Positions 17,502 to 27,343 of a DNA stretch of 64,000 nucleotides are shown one piece after another. Both the position numbers and the translations under genes were made by a program. Origin of the DNA: Candidatus Saganbacteria bacterium (GTDB lineage: Bacteria > Margulisbacteria > WOR-1 > XYC2-FULL-46-14 > WPAF01); the NCBI GenBank assembly GCA_009772965.1, contig WPAF01000002.1, positions 54,199 to 118,198 on the forward strand. The letters are read 5' to 3'. Numbering within the stretch: the first letter of the stretch is position 1; each line of letters starts with the position of its first letter. The notes beneath the pieces are model-generated. The model saw only the letters and a list, made by a program, of their open reading frames with translations. It was not told where the DNA came from and searched no databases.

Positions 17502-19739
17502 TCAAACAACACTTGATATCTCATACTCTTCAATCATAGCTAGCAATGCCATTAGGAAAGAGACGGTGCTTTCGCCCCCCTGGTTTAAACTGACACCTTC
17601 CGGCATCAACCCGTCAGCACAGCCTTTGGTCTCATGGTCGTACAAAGACATTCCCATATCGTTTTCGCCCAGAAACCAGCCGAATGCCTGCCGCATCTTT
17701 TTTAAATATTCTTTTTCTTTGGTAACCCGGTAAGCCGACTGATAAGCTAGAACCATGGCTGCGGCATCAATTGGCTGTTGGTCATACTTTGCTTTTATCC
17801 CGCCTCTTTTATACCAGCCGCGGGAGCCGACAATGGAAAGGCGGCCATTATGGGTAATTGTTTTTTCTAAAAACTCCAGCGTTTCCTTTGCGGCCTTCAA
17901 ATATTTTTCCTCGCGGAGAATTGAATAGGTTTGAAATAATGCCATAGGCATAATCCCGTTATCGTAACAGATGATATCTTCAAACCAGCGCCAGTTATCA
18001 TCGGAAACATTTTTATATAAATCCAATAAATAATCGGCGCATTCGCGAAGCTTTGCCGCAACGCTCTCATCTCCCTGGTAGCAGCGCAGATAGGAGACCA
18101 AACCTAACATGGCCAGGGATTTTCCGCGCAGGTTTAATTCGCGCACGTGGGGCAACGCCTTCTGAAAACATTCATAAGCCAAAGAACGATAGGCGTTGCG
18201 CGGAGGCCGCCAGATGATGTAGCCAAGCGCCCAGAGCGCCCTGCCGCACGCGTCATCCGAACCGCTCTCATCCAGGAAGTGGCGCTGGTAATCGATAAAA
18301 TTGCGGAAGCGGCCGTCGGGATTTTGCATAAAATGGGTAAAGCTGAAATAAGTAGAGATTAGCTCTTTGGCGTCCTCGCCGCGTAAAAGGAAAAATGCCC
18401 AGGCGCACATCATCAGGGCGCGGGAGTTGTCATCAAGGCAATAACCGGTATGCCGGTCGGGGACAATATATTTCGCGTGTTGGATCAGTCCCGTATCATC
18501 GGTCAAACGTTTTAAGTGTGCCAGGTCAAAGGGTGGTTCGCGCAACAGCAGGGCGGGGGTTTTTAAAGTTAAGGATCTTTTAGCCGCGGTGGCCGCTGTT
18601 TTTTTAAATATTTCAAGATACTTTTCCGAAACTTTTTCCCAGCGCATCTGCCGCCCAAATTTATAGGTTTTATCGCGCAGAGACTTTAGCTTTGTTTTGT
18701 CCGACAACAGGTCGCGCAAGGAAGAAGCCAAGGCATTGCTGTCCCCAAAGTTTATTAATCGTCCCCTTCCTTCGGCGAGTATCTCTTTGGCATACCAGTA
18801 AGGCGTAGAGATTATGGCGTTCCCCGCCCCAATTGCATAGGACAGGGTTCCGCTGACTATCTGCGCCTCATTCAAATAGGGGGTGATATAAATATCCGCC
18901 GCCATAAGCCAGGCATAGAGCTCTTCCAAGCTGACAAATCGGTTGTCAAATATTACCTGTTCCTGTAATCCTAATTCCTCGACCAGCGCTACCAGGCTGG
19001 TCCGGTATTTTTCGCCGTACTCCCTAAGGACATTGGGGTGGGTTTTCCCAAGAACAACATAGATCAACTGGGGAAATTCCTGGACTATTTTTGGAAGGGC
19101 CTTTATGACTGTCTCTATACCTTTGTTTGGGCTGAGCAAGCCAAAAGTCAACAGTGTTTGTTTCCCTTCCACCTGGAAACGTTTTTTGTAGCGGTTGTTA
19201 TCAAGCGAGGTAAAATCGGGAGTGCCGTGATAAAGCATCCTGATCTTCTCGGCCGGTACGGAGTAAACCTCCTTCAATAAAGTGACAGCCAGATTGCTCA
19301 TCACTATGAGATAGCTGGCTCGTTGAGCCATCTCCTGGATGATCTTTTTTTGGTTGGGGGTGGGGTTTTTGAGCACTGTGTGCAGAACCACTACCGCCGG
19401 TACGCTGAGGCTTGAGATCAGGGAGAGGATGTAAATACCATCCCAGCCGCCGTAGATTCCGTATTCGTGCTGGATGCAAACCACATCGGCATTACTGGCA
19501 TTGATAAAGTTGGCCGCTTCAAAATAATCTTTCTGTTGCGTTTGCTGTATGATGAATTCAACTCTGCGCGGATAAGCGTACCTTCCATCAGTGTCGTTGA
19601 CGGCGATTGCAAACACGCTGGAGCGGGGCGAAAGTAATTTAGCGGCCGCCTCGCAAAGATCGGTTGTAAAAGTAGCGATTCCGCAAAGGCGAGGAGAATA
19701 ATTTCCGACAAAAACGATATTGAGCTCTGGTTTCAACAT
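17502..19739 (-). CDS. GT4-family glycosyltransferase fused to a C-terminal (alpha/alpha)6-barrel glycosidase-like domain
   Basis: 745 aa. The N-terminal 400 aa have the GT-B/GT4 fold (MLKPELNIVFVG...; EX7E-like region ..FGLLSPNKGIE..). The C-terminal roughly 340 aa are rich in the W/Y/D motifs of six-hairpin glycosidases. Confidence 0.65.
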   Translation of the reverse strand: MLKPELNIVFVGNYSPRLCGIATFTTDLCEAAAKLLSPRSSVFAIAVNDTDGRYAYPRRVEFIIQQTQQKDYFEAANFINASNADVVCIQHEYGIYGGWDGIYILSLISSLSVPAVVVLHTVLKNPTPNQKKIIQEMAQRASYLIVMSNLAVTLLKEVYSVPAEKIRMLYHGTPDFTSLDNNRYKKRFQVEGKQTLLTFGLLSPNKGIETVIKALPKIVQEFPQLIYVVLGKTHPNVLREYGEKYRTSLVALVEELGLQEQVIFDNRFVSLEELYAWLMAADIYITPYLNEAQIVSGTLSYAIGAGNAIISTPYWYAKEILAEGRGRLINFGDSNALASSLRDLLSDKTKLKSLRDKTYKFGRQMRWEKVSEKYLEIFKKTAATAAKRSLTLKTPALLLREPPFDLAHLKRLTDDTGLIQHAKYIVPDRHTGYCLDDNSRALMMCAWAFFLLRGEDAKELISTYFSFTHFMQNPDGRFRNFIDYQRHFLDESGSDDACGRALWALGYIIWRPPRNAYRSLAYECFQKALPHVRELNLRGKSLAMLGLVSYLRCYQGDESVAAKLRECADYLLDLYKNVSDDNWRWFEDIICYDNGIMPMALFQTYSILREEKYLKAAKETLEFLEKTITHNGRLSIVGSRGWYKRGGIKAKYDQQPIDAAAMVLAYQSAYRVTKEKEYLKKMRQAFGWFLGENDMGMSLYDHETKGCADGLMPEGVSLNQGGESTVSFLMALLAMIEEYEISSVV

Positions 19740-19810
19740 AGACTTTAACTCTAACCGATATCATACAGAGTTGCAACCTGATTGTTCCCGGGATCAACTT
19801 CAAGGATAAA

Positions 19811-19861
19811 TAGCCCAATCTTCTGAGAATCGAACCCCGATTTGTACCTTGAGAGGCTCGC
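19811..19861 (-). repeat. Decayed copy of the 3' half of tRNA-Glu (putative att remnant)
   Basis: The reverse complement GCGAGCCTCTCAAGGTACAAATCGGGGTTCGATTCTCAG...TTGGGCTAT aligns with the anticodon arm, T-arm and 3' end of the tRNA at 21471-21541. Both are followed by GGGCTAT(A/T)(A/T)AT. Confidence 0.5.
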
Positions 19862-19981
19862 ACTTAGCCGCCCCTCCGTTTCTCAACATAATGCGACCCT
19901 AAGATTACCTTTAACTTTACAAACCAAACCAAAGTAGTATAATTTCATCGGTGGATATTTAAGGATGGGGGGATAGCACAA

Positions 19982-20428
19982 ATGGCAAATTTATCACGAG
20001 CGAATTTATCCCGAGGCAAATCGAGGGAGTCGAGTGAAGCAAAAATAGATCAAGTACTTGAAAAGATAAGCGTTATAGAAAAGGATATTTCTTCATTAAA
20101 AAATGGTCAGCAATCGTTAGAAAAAGGCCAGAATACATTAGCGCAAGATGTTGTTTCATTAAAACAAGGCCAGCAGAAGCTTGAGGACGGCCAGACAAAG
20201 CACTATGATTTAATCCAAAAACAGGGCATCCTGTTGGAGCAGGTTGCGTCAGACGTCAAAGCAGTTGCGGAAGGGCATGCGGTAATAAGGAGTGAAATGC
20301 AAAGAGGATTTGAAGAAGTTAAAGAACAAATAAAATTCGTTGATGATAAAGTAACGTTTGTAGCCGACAAAGTAAATAAAATTGACCAAAAATTGGATGA
20401 GCATATCAGACTTCCAGCGCATGTGTAA
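19982..20428 (+). CDS. Coiled-coil protein with internal Q/K-rich repeats (unknown)
   Basis: 148 aa. N-terminal tandem ANLSR-ANLSR. Repeated SLKNGQQSLEKGQ/SLKQGQQKLEDGQ heptad-like units. No recognisable domain. Confidence 0.4.
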   Translation: MANLSRANLSRGKSRESSEAKIDQVLEKISVIEKDISSLKNGQQSLEKGQNTLAQDVVSLKQGQQKLEDGQTKHYDLIQKQGILLEQVASDVKAVAEGHAVIRSEMQRGFEEVKEQIKFVDDKVTFVADKVNKIDQKLDEHIRLPAHV

Positions 20429-20532
20429 TAAATGTTTTCCCTGCCGTAGCAACTCAAGATTTTTAGAGCATAGCCCCACGGGGAGCTAACCCTAAAGAAA
20501 CCACCCTAATTATACTGCATTATCCAAAGAGG

Positions 20533-21252
20533 TTAAAGGTGGGGGAAAGACCCGGGAGCACTATTTAGTTTGAGTTGAACCTTCTTGAAGCCTAAATAAC
20601 AAGGCGCCGTAAGAATAAAATCAAATAAACAATTTAATAATGCTATTGTGAATAACGCATAATAATTGGGCTCTACAAATATATCAACCTTGAAAAAATA
20701 CAAAACATAAACAATAATCAACCAGAAAAGGTTATTAATCCCCCAGCATATATGTTGGTCATATTTATCCTTTTTCCACCACCACTGCCTCGCTAAAATA
20801 AGGAGTAACCAAAACACATTTATTGCTAACAGCCCAAAGAACCATTGATAAAAGAGGTCATATCTAAATTCCCATATTGAATGGCACATTCTATAGTAGA
20901 TAAATGAATGTAAAAATAGCAGTGGAACATCAATAACAAAAATACCAATCTGGGCAAGCCATCTATATTGAGTCTGCCAAGCAATATTTGAGAGATTGCG
21001 CGCTGGGGCAAAGAAAAATCTGATTAATACTAACCCGGCGATTACTGAAGGCAATGCGTGTTTCAATTCAAATATGAAATTGCTTGCAACCAATGCAATT
21101 CCCCAAGCCATCAAAACCGCATAAAGCACATCCATAATGTTTATAAATTTTGCAAACTGAACCTCTTTTGCTTTTTTGTTTTGGCTTTCAGCAAAATATT
21201 GTTCTTTTATATAATTTATAGAATTAGTCAGGATGGATAATGCTTTTTTCAT
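20533..21252 (-). CDS. Polytopic membrane protein, unknown function (W/F/Y-rich)
   Basis: 239 aa ORF with about 6 hydrophobic helices and no recognisable motif. Located inside the tRNA-bounded islet. Confidence 0.4.
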   Translation of the reverse strand: MKKALSILTNSINYIKEQYFAESQNKKAKEVQFAKFINIMDVLYAVLMAWGIALVASNFIFELKHALPSVIAGLVLIRFFFAPARNLSNIAWQTQYRWLAQIGIFVIDVPLLFLHSFIYYRMCHSIWEFRYDLFYQWFFGLLAINVFWLLLILARQWWWKKDKYDQHICWGINNLFWLIIVYVLYFFKVDIFVEPNYYALFTIALLNCLFDFILTAPCYLGFKKVQLKLNSAPGSFPHL

Positions 21253-21470
21253 AGCACCCTAATTATACTCTTGTGAAAAACATGGTCAATAGTATGACTT
21301 CTTATTGCTAAGATCGAGTTTGGCGTGGAAGCGAAAGCATTGCATGTCTCACCGATAGAGACACCTTTAAGGAATTGCTTGAAATATATCTGGAAAATGT
21401 CCCGGATGAAAACCCAATAAAGAAAAAGATTATGCAAGAAGTGACGAAATACCAACAATAGCAAAATTTA

Positions 21471-21541
21471 TAGCCCTAACGGGGATTGAACCCGTATCTC
21501 GACCTTGAGAGGGTCGCGTCCTAGCCATTAGACTATAGGGC
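21471..21541 (-). tRNA. tRNA-Glu (anticodon CUC)
   Basis: The minus-strand sequence GGCCCTA-TA-GTCT-AATGGCTA-GGAC-G-CGACC-CTCTCAA-GGTCG-AGAT-ACGGG-TTCAATC-CCCGT-TAGGGCT-A folds into a cloverleaf with a 7-bp acceptor (one G.U pair), D-arm, anticodon loop C-U-CUC-A-A and TPsiC loop. CCA is not encoded. Confidence 0.7.
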
Positions 21542-21550
21542 CGCGCGGAA

Positions 21551-21886
21551 TTATCTCAGCTGTTCCTGCTTGAACATTTGCTCGCGGAGGAAGATGCTTT
21601 TTACTGTTGATTCAAGAGCGTAAGAGACTACAAATAATACTATCAGGCCAATCAGTATCCACCAGCCAAGATTGTGATGCTTAATCCATTTAATTGACAC
21701 GTAAATGGTCATTACTACCATCGCCGCGGTAAGGGTGATTCCAAAAAGCATCAATAGAGTAGTTATTAGCATGGGGAAAATTGGCTTAAAAAATATTACC
21801 AGGAGATAACAGGTGTTTGCCCAAACCAAAAGCAAAAGCAACAGATTAAAAACCGTAAAATGTTCTTCTTCAATATCAAAATTCAC
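21551..21886 (-). CDS. Small membrane protein at the 3' end of the V-ATPase operon
   Basis: 111 aa with 3 TM helices. The start overlaps the stop of the subunit D gene (21886). Confidence 0.4.
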   Translation of the reverse strand: MNFDIEEEHFTVFNLLLLLLVWANTCYLLVIFFKPIFPMLITTLLMLFGITLTAAMVVMTIYVSIKWIKHHNLGWWILIGLIVLFVVSYALESTVKSIFLREQMFKQEQLR

Positions 21887-22488
21887 TATTTTCCTCCCTT
21901 TCTTTTTAATATAGAAACATGGCTGCTTCTTTCAAGTTCATCCAGCTTCATTGTAACAAATTTTAAATTATCCTCAAGCTCAGGAATTAATATATATTCC
22001 AAGGCGTTTACCCGCCGCCTGGTTTCAATTATTTGTTTCGCGATAAAATTTAATGACCTTCCCGCTTCCGCAAGCTTAATAAGGGAGGGAAGGGCATTGT
22101 TAAAAGCATTTAATGCTTCGGGCAAATCTTCTGAAGCTAATATTTTAGAAAATTTTAACGGTTCGCCTGAAACCCTTAATTCATACGACGGAATTTCAAC
22201 CCCCATGATGCTTTGGGTTTTTATGTTTATCCGGGCGCTGGCCGTGGATTTATTTTTAAAAACTACAGGGTTTGATAAAGCATACGCAAAAACAGATTTA
22301 GTAAAAATATCTACCAATTCCGGCTCAAGCTTTTTATGGAGGCCAAAATAGCTGTTTTTGATGCTGTAAAACCTTTGCACCAGGCCGTCAAGCTTATCTT
22401 TTAAAAGCTTATGCCCCCTGCGGGCAAGCGCGGTTTGCTTCCTCAGGCGCAGAAGCTGCATCCGAGTGGGACTAATCCGCTTTTGCAT
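21886..22488 (-). CDS. atpD: V/A-type ATP synthase subunit D
   Basis: [36 protein letters not shown] is the canonical subunit D N-terminus. 200 aa. Confidence 0.85.
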   Translation of the reverse strand: MQKRISPTRMQLLRLRKQTALARRGHKLLKDKLDGLVQRFYSIKNSYFGLHKKLEPELVDIFTKSVFAYALSNPVVFKNKSTASARINIKTQSIMGVEIPSYELRVSGEPLKFSKILASEDLPEALNAFNNALPSLIKLAEAGRSLNFIAKQIIETRRRVNALEYILIPELEDNLKFVTMKLDELERSSHVSILKRKGGK

Positions 22489-23833
22489 ATTTGTTAAAAA
22501 TTTCGTCCTTGATGCGCTTTAATTCTTCCCTGGGCAGGATATTTAATAACTGCCAGGATATTTTTAAAGTTTCTTCTATTGTCCGGTTTTCATATTCGCC
22601 CTGCCTGATAAATTTGCCCTCAAACTCATCCGCGAATTTTAGGTAGGTTTTATCAAGGGGCGATAATGCCGCCTCTCCAAATATGACCATAAGTTCACGC
22701 ACTTCTTTTCCTCTTGCATAGGCGGCAAATAATTGGTTGGCAACGCTTGCGTGGTCTTCGCGGGTTTTCCCTTCGCCGATTGCCTTGTCCCTTAATCGGG
22801 AAAGGGAAGGAAGCGGATCAACCGGAGGATATATCCCTTTTCTTTCAAGCGGCCGGTCTAAAATAATTTGCCCTTCGGTAATGTAGCCGGTCAAGTCAGG
22901 GATCGGGTGGGTCTTATCGTCATCCGGCATGGTCAAGATGGGAATTAAAGTAATTGATCCTGACCTGCCTTTAATTCTTCCCGCTCTCTCATATAATGAC
23001 GCGAGATCGGTATATAAATAACCGGGATACCCGCGGCGGCCGGGGACTTCTTTCCTGGCGGCAGATACTTCGCGCAAACTTTCACAATAATTGGTCATGT
23101 CTGTCAATATTGTCAAAACATGCATATTTAAATCAAAGGCCAGATATTCCGCGGCGGTAAGCGCCATTCGCGGGGTTGCGATTCTTTCAATTGCCGGGTC
23201 GGTCGCCAGATTGATAAAAAGCACAGAGGTTTCAATAGCGCCGGTCTTTTTAAAGTTATCGATAAAAAATTCAGCTTCTTCGTAGGTAATTCCCATTGCC
23301 CCAAAAACAACCGCAAAGTTTTGTTCTTTTTTCAAAACTTTTGCCTGCCTGGCAACTTGGGCGGCGAGGTGGGAGTGGGGGAGGCCGGAGCCGGAAAAAA
23401 TCGGGAGCTTTTGCCCTCGCGAAAGTGTGTTTAACCCGTCAATTGTCGAAATGCCCGTTTGGATAAAATCATCCGGATAATCCCTTGCCACGGGATTGAT
23501 AGGGTTGCCGTTAATATCGATTTGCTTTTTTGGGATTATTGCCGGCGCCCCATCGATTGGTTTTCCAAGCCCGGAAAATATCCTTCCTAAAATATCTTCT
23601 GATACTGGAAGCTCGAGCCCTCTCCCTTTAAATTTTAGCTTTACAGTTTTTGAGTCCAATCCAACTGTTCCTTCAAACACCTGCACCAGCGCTTTATCGT
23701 CTTCAACTAATAGAGTTTTCCCTTGTCTTACTTCTCCGGTATTAAGGATTATTTCAACCAGTTCATCATATCCAACGCCTTTAACGCCATCAACCATCAT
23801 CAAAGGCCCTGCAATTTCTCGGATTTTACTCAT
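22472..23833 (-). CDS. atpB: V/A-type ATP synthase subunit B (regulatory)
   Basis: 453 aa. Homologous throughout to V-type B subunits (..[14 protein letters not shown].. degenerate P-loop region, ...[15 protein letters not shown]..). Confidence 0.9.
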   Translation of the reverse strand: MSKIREIAGPLMMVDGVKGVGYDELVEIILNTGEVRQGKTLLVEDDKALVQVFEGTVGLDSKTVKLKFKGRGLELPVSEDILGRIFSGLGKPIDGAPAIIPKKQIDINGNPINPVARDYPDDFIQTGISTIDGLNTLSRGQKLPIFSGSGLPHSHLAAQVARQAKVLKKEQNFAVVFGAMGITYEEAEFFIDNFKKTGAIETSVLFINLATDPAIERIATPRMALTAAEYLAFDLNMHVLTILTDMTNYCESLREVSAARKEVPGRRGYPGYLYTDLASLYERAGRIKGRSGSITLIPILTMPDDDKTHPIPDLTGYITEGQIILDRPLERKGIYPPVDPLPSLSRLRDKAIGEGKTREDHASVANQLFAAYARGKEVRELMVIFGEAALSPLDKTYLKFADEFEGKFIRQGEYENRTIEETLKISWQLLNILPREELKRIKDEIFNKYAKAD

Positions 23834-25550
23834 GGCTCACCCTTCCTGTTAAAGCATGGAACTGGTCGATCAATTCAGTTTCAATAGCATCAGCTTTGTT
23901 TTCATCGGCAAACTTAAGGACGGGAATTTTTTTAATTGCTTCGATTTCTTTGATTTTAGAAAGTTCAACCCCCATTGAAAGCGCGTTTTTTGCCTGTCCA
24001 TAAAAAAGTATGATGGAGTTTAATATTTTAAATTGCTTTCTTAAGCTTGAGTATTGGTCAACCGGATCAAACGCGCTCTGGTATAAAAAATCCTCCCTGA
24101 TTGACTTGGCGGTAAATAAAATAAGCTGTTCAAGCGAGGAGAGGGATTCAACGCCGACTAACCTGGCAATTTCCTCAAGCTCGGCTTCCTTAGATAATAT
24201 TTCTAGGGCAATTCCGCGAACTTTGGGTAATTCCTTTGAAACATTGGCAAGCAAATATTCTTTAACGCTTTCGTTATAAAGCGAATATGAGTTTATCCAG
24301 TTTATCGCGGGGAAATGCCTTTTGTGGGCGAGGGCGTAATCAAGCCCCCAAAAAACTTTTGTTACCCTCAGTGTGTTTTGCACCACTGGCTCTGAAAGGT
24401 CTCCTCCGGGAGGGGAAACAGACCCGATGATAGTTAGAGATCCTTCTCTTTCCGGTTTTCCCATGCACTTGCCGAATCCCGCCCTTTCATAAAATTCCGC
24501 GAGACGGGTTCCAAGATAAGCGGGATATCCTTCTTCTCCCGGCATTTCTTCAAGCCGGCCTGACATTTCCCTGAGTGCCTCGGCCCAGCGGGAAGTGGAA
24601 TCGGCCATAAGGGCTACGTTGTATCCCATGTCCCTAAAATATTCAGCGATTGCCGCTCCGGTATAAACCGAGGCCTCCCTGGCGGCAATCGGCATGTTTG
24701 AAGTGTTGGCAATTAGAACCGTTCTTTCCATGAGCGGTCTTCCTGATTTTGGATCTTTTAAATGCGGGAATTCCAAAAGCACATCCGTCATTTCGTTGCC
24801 GCGTTCCCCGCAGCCGATAAAAATAATTATATCTGCGTCCGCCCATTTTGCCAGCTGGTGCTGGATAACGGTTTTTCCCGCGCCAAACGGTCCCGGCACG
24901 CAGGCCGCGCCGCCCTTGGCAATTGGGAAAAGAGAATCAATAATCCTTTGTCCGGTAACCAAGGGTACTTTTACGGGAGCTTTTTCAGCCAGCTGCCTTC
25001 TTTTCCTTACCGGCCATTTTTTTAGCATTGTAACTGCTTTGCCTGAAACAATAGCAATTGTGCCATCTATGTGAAAGCTTCCGCCTTTAATATCATCAAG
25101 GGTTCCTGAAATTTCAGACATTATCATATGTTTAACAAGGGGAGTTTCCTGCACGTAGCCGAGAATATCCCCCGGCAAAACTTTATCGCTTTTTTTCATA
25201 GTGGGTATAAATTCCCAGCTTTTTTCTCTTGAAAGCGGCAAAACATCAATTCCCCGCCCGATAAAATCCCCCGACTTTTTAAGCAATGTTTCAAGCGGGC
25301 GCTCAATCCCGTCAAAAATAGAAGAGATAAGCCCGGGGCCAAGCTCAACCATAAGAGGCGCCCCTGTTGTTTCTACAATATCTCCCACTTTAAGCCCCGC
25401 GGTTTCTTCATATACTTGGATGCTCGCGTAATCTCCTTTTAGCTCAATAATTTCTCCAATTAGTTTTTTTTCACCCACCCGCACCAGGTCTCCCATTTTC
25501 GCGTTTTCAATTTCCGCCACAACCAAAGGGCCTGCAACTTTTTTAATCAT
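23826..25550 (-). CDS. atpA: V/A-type ATP synthase subunit A (catalytic)
   Basis: 574 aa. Walker A GPFGAGKT. Includes the non-homologous insert region typical of A subunits. ..[22 protein letters not shown].. Confidence 0.9.
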   Translation of the reverse strand: MIKKVAGPLVVAEIENAKMGDLVRVGEKKLIGEIIELKGDYASIQVYEETAGLKVGDIVETTGAPLMVELGPGLISSIFDGIERPLETLLKKSGDFIGRGIDVLPLSREKSWEFIPTMKKSDKVLPGDILGYVQETPLVKHMIMSEISGTLDDIKGGSFHIDGTIAIVSGKAVTMLKKWPVRKRRQLAEKAPVKVPLVTGQRIIDSLFPIAKGGAACVPGPFGAGKTVIQHQLAKWADADIIIFIGCGERGNEMTDVLLEFPHLKDPKSGRPLMERTVLIANTSNMPIAAREASVYTGAAIAEYFRDMGYNVALMADSTSRWAEALREMSGRLEEMPGEEGYPAYLGTRLAEFYERAGFGKCMGKPEREGSLTIIGSVSPPGGDLSEPVVQNTLRVTKVFWGLDYALAHKRHFPAINWINSYSLYNESVKEYLLANVSKELPKVRGIALEILSKEAELEEIARLVGVESLSSLEQLILFTAKSIREDFLYQSAFDPVDQYSSLRKQFKILNSIILFYGQAKNALSMGVELSKIKEIEAIKKIPVLKFADENKADAIETELIDQFHALTGRVSHE

Positions 25551-25851
25551 TTTGCGACACTCCTATTGCTTCTTTAACTAGCTTATTTGTTTTTTCAAAA
25601 AACAAACCGACGCTTCCCTGATTATCGGGGATAAATACAAAATTAATTTTGCCCTGGTTGAGCTCAATTGATTCCATGCAATCCATTGCCAGGCGTTCGG
25701 TAATAAAAACAACCGCGTACTCATTCTTTTCTGAAATGGCTTCAATCCTAAGGCCGGCTTCATATCCGGAGTCTGCCGGAAAAATTTCTATTCCCGAGGA
25801 GGCGAGGGGCAAAACCATCTGGCTTGGGCCGATCAGCGCGATTTTAGACAT
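25543..25851 (-). CDS. atpF: V/A-type ATP synthase subunit F
   Basis: 102 aa (MSKIALIGPSQMVLPLASSGIEIFP...). The size and position between C and A match subunit F. Confidence 0.7.
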   Translation of the reverse strand: MSKIALIGPSQMVLPLASSGIEIFPADSGYEAGLRIEAISEKNEYAVVFITERLAMDCMESIELNQGKINFVFIPDNQGSVGLFFEKTNKLVKEAIGVSQND

Positions 25852-26542
25852 AGCTTATCCTAACCCTTTCTTTTATTTGTTCGGGGGGAACCTGGAGCAG
25901 TTTTGCGGTCAATACAAAGCGAAGGTTTTTTATTTCAATTTCTTTGGCAATGGCATAGCCGATAAGCGGCTCGATGCCAAAAACAAAATATTTCGCTTCT
26001 TTGATTATTTCCATTAAGTAGTTGTCGATTTCCCTTTCAAAAACGCTTAAGCTGCCGGTTTTTTGAAAGTGGCTTAAGCCTTTATTGACAGCTTTAAAGC
26101 AATCGTAATAACGGTATTTAGCAAGCGCTTGCTCAACCTCGGCTTGTTTAATGCTGGCTTTTAGGGAGTGCAAAACGATAAAACTCTCCGCGTATTTTGA
26201 AAAAATATTAACATTGTGTTTGTCGGCTGTTTGTTTAAGTTTTAATAAATAGTTTTTATCCTCCTCGCCGTCAATTTCATGTTTTTCCCAAATAACTGAG
26301 ATAATTTCATTTTGCGGGGCAAGCTGGTCCAGCAATTCTTTTACTCCCTTAAGCTCCAAACGGCACAAGGCTTCAAAGTCAAAAGGTTTTTCTAGCTTAG
26401 CAAGGTTTTCTGATGTCTCTGATAAAATATTAAAGGCCTGTTCAAAGCTATGGGAATCAACCATCCTTAGGATTTGAGCCTCACTAAGCATTTTGGATTC
26501 TATTGCCCTGATCCGGGCTGAAGCGTAAGCGAATTTAACCAT
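25844..26542 (-). CDS. atpC: V/A-type ATP synthase subunit C (V0 d-like), short form
   Basis: 232 aa. N-terminal YASARIRAIESKML and C-terminal GYAIAKEIEIKNLRFVLTAK match subunit C (d) signature segments. The position between E and F fits. Confidence 0.6.
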   Translation of the reverse strand: MVKFAYASARIRAIESKMLSEAQILRMVDSHSFEQAFNILSETSENLAKLEKPFDFEALCRLELKGVKELLDQLAPQNEIISVIWEKHEIDGEEDKNYLLKLKQTADKHNVNIFSKYAESFIVLHSLKASIKQAEVEQALAKYRYYDCFKAVNKGLSHFQKTGSLSVFEREIDNYLMEIIKEAKYFVFGIEPLIGYAIAKEIEIKNLRFVLTAKLLQVPPEQIKERVRISYV

Positions 26543-26858
26543 AAAGTATTTTTGCCGCCTCTATAAAATATTTTTCTTTGGTTTCTGCCGGCGCACCCGA
26601 AAAGACCGTATCTAAAATTTTGTGTTTTTCTTCGAGCAGTTTCTTTTTTGCTTCAAGGCGAACAGGGGTGATGATAGATCTTTTAAATGCTTCAGCCTTT
26701 TTTTTGCCTTCCTCAAGCATTTTAGCGGTAATTATTTCCGCTTTTTCTTTTGCTTCCCTTTCGATTTCGCGCGCGCCAGCTTCTGCTTTTTCTAAAATTT
26801 GCTTAGCTTCAATTTCAGCTTCTTCAAGTATTTTTGCTTTAATTTCGGCGATTCCCAT
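26535..26858 (-). CDS. atpE: V/A-type ATP synthase subunit E-like (short, 107 aa)
   Basis: K/E/A-rich helical protein (ILEEAEIEAKQILEKAEAGAREIEREAKEKAEII) typical of the peripheral-stalk E N-terminal region. Lies downstream of K. Confidence 0.5.
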   Translation of the reverse strand: MGIAEIKAKILEEAEIEAKQILEKAEAGAREIEREAKEKAEIITAKMLEEGKKKAEAFKRSIITPVRLEAKKKLLEEKHKILDTVFSGAPAETKEKYFIEAAKILYG

Positions 26859-27329
26859 CTATAACTTTATTCCCGATACCATCAGGATTGTGGCCAAAAG
26901 CCCCAATACCGCGTAAGTTTCAACCATTGCCGGCAAGATTATTGCTTTTCCTGATTCTTCTGGCCTTTTAGCAACTAGATGTATACCAGCCGCAGAGGCT
27001 CTTCCCTGGTAATAGCCGGAAATAAGCCCGACAACTCCTACCGGCAACCCGGCAAAGAAAAGCTGGAGGCCTGATGCAAGCGACACAGGAAATGCCCCCC
27101 CTAAAAGATTGATTTTCATCATAATATAAAAGGCGCCAAGAAAGCCGTAAAAACCCTGTGTTCCCGGAAGCGCAATCATAACCAAAAGTTTACCGAATTT
27201 TTCCGGATCCTCGGTTAAAACTCCCGCCGCGGCCTCAGAAGCAACCGCTATCCCCCAGGCCGATCCGCAAGAAGCCAAAAACGCGGCAAAAGCCGCGCCA
27301 GCCAGTGCCAAACCTATCCCAATTTCCAT
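26859..27329 (-). CDS. atpK: V/A-type ATP synthase proteolipid subunit K (duplicated, 4-TM c-subunit)
   Basis: 156 aa with two G/A-rich hairpins (GIGLALAGAAFAAFLAS.. and ..PVGVVGLISGYY). Typical of 16-kDa V-type proteolipids. Confidence 0.8.
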   Translation of the reverse strand: MEIGIGLALAGAAFAAFLASCGSAWGIAVASEAAAGVLTEDPEKFGKLLVMIALPGTQGFYGFLGAFYIMMKINLLGGAFPVSLASGLQLFFAGLPVGVVGLISGYYQGRASAAGIHLVAKRPEESGKAIILPAMVETYAVLGLLATILMVSGIKL

Positions 27330-27343
27330 AAAATCCCCCTTTT

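Noticed and set aside
19740-19980. Possible second intact tRNA near 19790-19870
   Set aside because: Only the anticodon-arm to 3'-end portion is recognisable, and it cannot form a D-arm or a complementary acceptor stem. Interpreted as a decayed partial copy rather than a functional tRNA.
21249-21464. 71-aa minus-strand ORF between the membrane protein and the tRNA
   Set aside because: Short, no RBS and hydrophobic low-complexity sequence. It overlaps the region expected to be the att-proximal end of the islet. Kept only as a remark.
24694-25074. 126-aa and 87-aa plus-strand ORFs
   Set aside because: Antisense within the V-ATPase A subunit gene.
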